From positions 56,905-120,904 of the forward strand of contig CBDHDT010000100.1 of NCBI GenBank assembly GCA_965261215.1: a stretch of DNA of 64,000 bases, given 5' to 3'. Source of the stretch: Ekhidna sp. GTDB taxonomy: Bacteria; Bacteroidota; Bacteroidia; Cytophagales; Cyclobacteriaceae. Shown here piece after piece: positions 58,286 through 64,000 of the stretch (the stretch's first letter is position 1; each line of letters opens with the position of its first letter). A program made the position numbers and the translations under genes. The notes beneath the pieces are model-generated. The model had not been told where the DNA came from. It was given only the letters and a program-made list of their open reading frames with translations, and did not search any database.

Positions 58286-59410
58286 AAGCAAAAAAAAATA
58301 TGGCAAAAGTGGTTTGTCAGACCACACTTAGGCTGACTATTCGTACCACAAGAAATAACTCATATTTAGTTCAGTCTATTTGGTTTGTACAGTTCTCACT
58401 CCTGGTCAACTATTAAAATGTTCAATGGAGGCCATAGCTGATCATTTGACAAAATGTCTGCAGTAGTGTTCTCCTGTGCAATGCATCTTGAAACTGCCCT
58501 ACATGGATGCAGTCAGCAATAGCAATAAGATATGATATAATTTTGTAGTGGATAATATAGTGTACATGGGTACAGTTACCAAAAAATATCATGTACCTAT
58601 CGATAATGATATGTGTAGCATAAAGCAACAATAAATAGGTTAGAAAATATCTTAAATGCCTAGGATCCATCCACTAACGTGCTCACATTTGATGAAAGCA
58701 AACAGAAACACATCTCTAAGCCTCTCCATGTCCCTGTAGTCCTCTTTCTCCACTGCTCAACTATAATAGCAGAAACAAACAAAAACAATACTTGAAACAA
58801 GAGCAAAATAAGTCTTATTTGTATAGAATCATACGATTCAAGTCCAATTTATGGGAACAATTTTACGCTTACTAGTCGAGTAATTGCATGAGATGAAGCC
58901 AAGTGCAATATTCTTATTCCCAAATAATAGACCCAATTCTTATACCTGGCTGACATTTTAAATTATCATTCCTGAAAAAAGTTGCAACTATAAAAACACA
59001 CATGAAATTAAGTCTATAGCCAATGGTTAATAATTAGACTAATCTTGTGACAGTATACGCTTCATGATAGCAGTATTAGTTCTCTACTTATCACTCAAAT
59101 ATTTATTAAGGTCTATTGCTTACTGAGCAAAGGAATGAGTGCCAGGAAGCCATCGGAACATGTGACACATCTATTCAGCAGCACACTAACTCCAGCATCA
59201 TTACTACATTTACCGCATAGTACACCTTGAGATCAATGTAGAGTTAGTGGATGAGGTGGACGAGAATGTGGAGGAGAATGAGGAGAAAAAGGAGAAGAAG
59301 AAGGGAAGAGGAGGATGAGAAGGAGAACAATGGACTTTTTTTAAAGAGTCCAAATATGATTTCTAATAATTTTCATGTAGTGTTATATACTAGTTTACTA
59401 TAGGGCTCAC

Positions 59411-59597
59411 CTTCCCTACCACAGTCGCACTGGAAATCTGGGTCACTGTTTCTATACTGGTACATACAGAGCTTGGAACTGCCATTTTTCTCCAGGCTAT
59501 TCTCAAATGCACAGCGGCAATAGCCAGCAGGACAAATAGAAATGTATAGATTCACTTCGGCAGTGTCTGAAGGGTTGAAGGTTGCCCAAGTTCCATG
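59411..59597 (-). CDS. Paralog of the candidate Cys-rich exon at 35309-35495
   Basis: It has the same length (187 nt), the same attag| and |gtgagc signals, and an intact ORF: HGTWATFNPSDTAEVNLYISICPAGYCRCAFENSLEKNGSSKLCMYQYRNSDPDFQCDCGREG. Five amino acids differ from copy A. Confidence 0.35.
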
Positions 59598-60484
59598 CTA
59601 ATATGCATATACACAGTATTTATTAAAAAAATACACAGAATATGTTACGATTGCATAATTGTCAGGAATATAGGGAAAAACATTTTGGCTATATGTTATA
59701 GTAGCTTGATTGTGGTACAAAACTATTTTTCAAGCATATATTCATGAGGACTTTGGACTATAACACATCATGCATGATCAGAATGCACTAGCTAAAAACA
59801 ATTTTACTCCTGGCTCGCTGGTCTTTGCTATGGAGCAAGATTATTTCTACTAACCATTATGCGATTTTTGACTTGATCTGCATGTAACTAAGCTGATCAA
59901 ATTGGTGCAAAAAAAGAGTATTTTTTGTCCTAGCACCAAAGTGGCAAGACATAGTGCCAAAGTTTCTAGCAATCCACTTACAAATATGGTATTCATCTAA
60001 GTGTACAGACACAAAATTATCTTCAAAGTATCATACTGCAACAATGGAGCATTCACATACATGCATGCTGCACACACACGCATGCATGCACGCACGCACG
60101 CACACACACACAGTTTTAAGAAATGTATAATATGTACTATACACACACATGCAGAACTGATCAAATACTGATAATGTGGAAAACAGGCTGGGGAGACATC
60201 TAGAGAACGTGTTCTCTAGCTGTCTTCCTTTGAGTAGCTTGGCTTTTAGTGTTAGCTCTTATACTTTTAAACCAACTTGTCCTTGGTTATTTAACGTGCA
60301 TCAATGTCAAAAACATCAAGCACACTCAAGACACACAAACGCAAAGAAAGATGTGAAAATGAGCAGAAATGTCTAGTACACAAGGCCATTTGGCAAAACC
60401 ATAACCTTTTCGGCTACTCCTGTTATTGGCAAGCGAAGCAAGCCTTCAGTGGAAAGTGGATGGAAAACTACGTATTGCCTGGTT

Positions 60485-63400
60485 TGGCCGTATGTGGTAT
60501 ATATATGTGCCATACATTCATAACTTTACAGACCCGACATTAAAAAGGAAATAGTCGTTTTAGAAAACCCGCCATAGATAGGCTAGATTCGTCCGACGAA
60601 GAAAGCGGCTACAGATTCTAAGGCCAAAGGAAAGGAACATGGATCTACATGCTGCCTGCTTGGTTAAGTGTTGTTAGGGAAAGGATGCTGGAGTTTTATT
60701 CAGTCTAAACTACTCAATACTCAATTCATCAACACACTGGCATTGGATGTGACAAGTTCTTGATAGTAGGAACTATTTTCAATCTTGCTAAGGTCGACAC
60801 AGTTCCTTGCATGTGTGCAGCTGCTCTCTCTTTCGGACAGTAAGCAGATGGCTGGATAGTTTAGCCTACAGAAAGCCTAACTTATGCATATCGTCAATAG
60901 TTGTGCTAATGATATACAGAGTACAGAAAACACGCTTGAACAAATTTTTGTCAGCTTTTGCATGGTCTTCCCATAGATTTCTGATTTCTGCTGAAAGCAC
61001 TGCTTGCAGACCTCACTCCTAATGGGTTGCTCTTCTCATTCTCATAGATTCTCATCCTCATAGAAAGCAGTTTCAAACAAAAATACACACTGCCACATGA
61101 ACATTTCCATTTCAGAATTTGTCATCCCATTATGTTGTAGGCATCAGGTTGTTCTATCATGCACCTGTAAGGAATGCAGTAAAGGCATGCAATTCTTGGC
61201 TACTTCCCCATATTACAATCCAACCACTTACAATTTTCTAAGGAACATAATTCTCGACTGCATCACATCTCACAATCTAAAGAAAACATCTGCAAATCAA
61301 ATTCTTGATGATGGAACTGTTTCCAATCCAGCTAAGGTAAGCACAGTTCCATGCATGTTTACTGCCACTCTCTCTTGGACAGAAAGTACATGACTGGATA
61401 GTTTAGCATATATGGAAAGCATAACTGATGCATCTAATGATATAGAGAAAAAATAAAAAATAAACGGTGTTAAAAGTGCAAACTATTACTACAACAATTT
61501 CTGCAGAAAGCACTGCCTGATGACCTAACTCTTAAGGGGGGCCTACACCTTAAACCAACGAAATTGTAACACTTATTTGTAGCTGTCATAACTTTCTTTC
61601 CCTTTCTTCTGTGCAAATACTTTTTATACCAGCTTGTTGCTTATTGTGTGTGCTTTAAAATGATATATAAAAAGTCTATATAGGCACATTTTCTTAGAAG
61701 ATATATCCAAACACGCAAGGGTCATTAAAAAAAACACTTCCTAATCCCCAACAGGATTTACAGCCAGGCGCCTTGACCGCAGCGCCCCAAACTCGGTATG
61801 AATGTAGCTAAAGGCATTAGCTGTGATGTAGTGGTTTTATTTATTTTTTCCGGTGAATCCCCCCTGAGTTTTAGTGTTGAGAAGAGGCGGGACCCAAAAA
61901 ATTGCGCGATTTTTTTGTGTCCCGCCTCTTCTCAACACTAAAACTCAGGGGGGGTTCACCGGGAAAAAAAAATAAAACCACTACATCACAGCTAATACCT
62001 TTAGCTACATTCGTACCGAGTTTGGGGCGCTGCGGTCAAGGCGCCTGGCTGTAAATCCTGTTGGGGATTAGGAAGTGTTTTTTTTTAATGACCCTTGCGT
62101 GTTTGGATAAATCTTCTAAGAAAATGTGCCTATATAGACTTTTTATATATCATTTTAAAGCACACACAATAAGCAACAAGCTAGTATAAAAAGTATTTGC
62201 ACAGAAGAAAGGGGAAAAAAGTTATGACAGCTACAAATAAGTGTTACAATTTCGTTGGTTTCAGGTGTAGCCCCCTTAATGTGGTACTCATCTTCAAGGA
62301 AAGCAGCTTCCAAATAATCTTAACAAAACTACTTCCACATGCACATTTCCATTTCTGAATATTTAATCCCATTACTTTGTCGGTTACTAGGTTGTTCAAT
62401 CTTGCATCTGTAAGGAATATGAAAAAACTTACAATTCTTGGCTACTTCCCCATACTACAATCCAACCACTTACACCAGTTGTGAATCTCTAAGAATATAT
62501 AATTCTTGGCTGCATGACATACCACAATCATAATGAAGACATCTACAAATATCATCATAAATCAGTATTGGGTTAGCTCTTCAGCTTGTCCATACCAAGG
62601 TTATGGCCAGAGGAATGTCTTTTTTTTTGCTTGGTGTAGTAATTAAGGCTAGGCAATTACCTAAAAAAAATTTTTTTTTAATTGACAATTCTGACATTAC
62701 TGCCTTATGACATCACCCTTAAAATGCTTGCCTATTTGTTTCTAAGTAAAGTAGCTACTCTAACACAAAGTGATTCACTCTCAGCTATATTTCTATATGT
62801 GTATTTCTATCTATATATACTATTTATATGTGCCGTACGTCCATAACCCAAAGAGTACACGGAAGATTTTATGGACTAGACTAAAAAACAGAAATCGTTG
62901 TCTTGGAAAACCCGCCATATATAAGCTAGATTCATCAATGATGAAGAAATGCACATGGCTTGCTTGGTTAATATCTGTCAGGGAAAGGACGCTGATGTTT
63001 TATTCAGATAAAACGACTCAATTCATCAACACACTGGCATTGGATGTGATACAAGTTCTTGATAGTAGGAACTATTTTCAATCTTGCTGAGGTAAACAGT
63101 TGCTTGCATGTATGCAGCCTCTCACTCTCTTTCAGACTGCGAGTAGACAGGCTGGATAGTTTAGCATATATAAAAGACATAACTGATGCATGTAATCAAT
63201 ACTTTGCTAATGATAAAGAGCATAGTGAAAACAAACAGTATCAGCTTCAGCATGGTCTTCCCTTGGTAATCTGATAATTTCTGCAGAAAGAACTGCCTGA
63301 TGAGTGCTCTTCTCATCTTCAAGGAAAGCAGTTTCTAATTACTCGTAACAAAACAACTATTTCCAAATGTACATTTCAGAATTTTTTATCCCATTATGTT

Positions 63401-63850
63401 GTAGGTATCAGGTAAGGAATAGAGTAAAAACATATATTTCATGGCTACTTCCCCATATTACAATCCAACCAATTACCCCAGTTCTGAATCTATAAGGAAC
63501 ATATAATTCTCAACTGCATCACATCTTAAAATCATTAAAAAAAGACATCTGCAAATCAATTCAGAAATCGGTACTGGGTTAGCTCTTCAGCTTCCTTACT
63601 AAGGTAATGGCCAAAGCAATGGCTATATTTTTTGCCTGAGCAGTAGTTAAGGCTAAGAAAATATCTAGAACAATAAAACAATAATCATGACAATTCTGAC
63701 AACCAATACTGCCTTATGACATCATTCTCCTTATGCCATCACTCTCCTTATGACACCACTCTCCTTATGACATCACTCTTAGTGTTTGTTTTTTCATGTA
63801 AGTAAAGTAGCTACTTTAACACAAATCAAAGCAATTTACTCTCAGCCATA
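60485..63850 (+). repeat. Nested 0.5/1.5-kb tandem repeat in duplication copy B (interrupted by MITE copy 3)
   Basis: It has the same unit structure as 36440-39100. Confidence 0.75.
61536..62275. mobile_element. Palindromic MITE family, copy 3, flanked by TTAA on both sides
   Basis: The sequence reads cTTAA|ggggggcctacaccttaaaccaacgaaatt...aatttcgttggtttcaggtgtagccccc|TTAAtgtgg. The arms are reverse complements around the loop ccaaaaaattgcgcgatttttttgt (centre ~61906). The paralogous site in copy A (37523-37526) has a single TTAA and no element. Confidence 0.9.
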
Positions 63851-64000
63851 TTTCCATATGTGTTTTTCTGTCTCACAACCAGTATTTGCTGGCATGGCAG
63901 TATTCACTCTCCTTCAATGTTTGAATGGCATTACTAATATGTGATAACTGATATCACCAGAATGTAGCTTGGACATATGTGCCACTAACATAAAGATTAA

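Larger units (their letters stand above)
58286..63942. repeat. Segmental duplication, copy B (paralog of 34128-39197), carrying a MITE insertion
   Basis: It is collinear with copy A. The extra 740 bp lies at 61536-62275. Homology is lost near 63942, 58 bp before the window end. Confidence 0.85.

Overview
This window is eukaryotic, most likely from an AT-rich invertebrate metazoan genome, and it is dominated by repeats. I found no prokaryotic gene organisation, CRISPR array, rRNA or tRNA, and nothing I can defend as a new multi-gene system. All coordinates, identities and alignments below were read by eye from the sequence, so identities are estimates and no database search was run.

- **Satellite array (1975-32825).** About 48% of the window is one array of a ~254-256 bp AT-rich satellite, roughly 118 monomers. 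It has three orientation blocks: forward 1975-13203, inverted 13204-20227, and forward 20228-32825. Local higher-order repeats are present, and a 750-bp palindromic element is inserted at 31448-32197.
- **Palindromic MITE family.** Long-hairpin, non-autonomous elements occur as three full copies (31448-32197, 46188-46927, 61536-62275) and two ~45-50 bp terminal remnants (4523-4568, 58235-58285). The targets contain TTAA. One copy has a matching empty paralogous site.
- **Segmental duplication.** A ~5-kb segment is present twice (34128-39197 and 58286-63942). Each copy carries a nested 0.5/1.5-kb tandem repeat, a CA microsatellite and candidate exons.
- **Retroelement nest (39198-43650).** It contains a decayed Ty3/gypsy-like element whose domain order reads PR-IN-RT-RH, which is the Gmr1-like order. 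Next to it is a fragment of a second retroelement on the opposite strand.
- **Minus-strand gene (45161-51703).** Nine exons with a consistent phase chain encode a multi-pass membrane protein. The 5' end was not found.
- **29-bp minisatellite (53474-54732).** It appears to derive from an exon-8/donor-like block of that gene family.
- **Other features.** There is a decayed retroelement 3' fragment (56200-56830) and a degenerate fibrinogen-related-domain-like ORF (57432-57953).

The most interesting signals are structural: the behaviour of the hairpin MITE family, the satellite fold-back junctions, and the birth of a minisatellite from an exon fragment.
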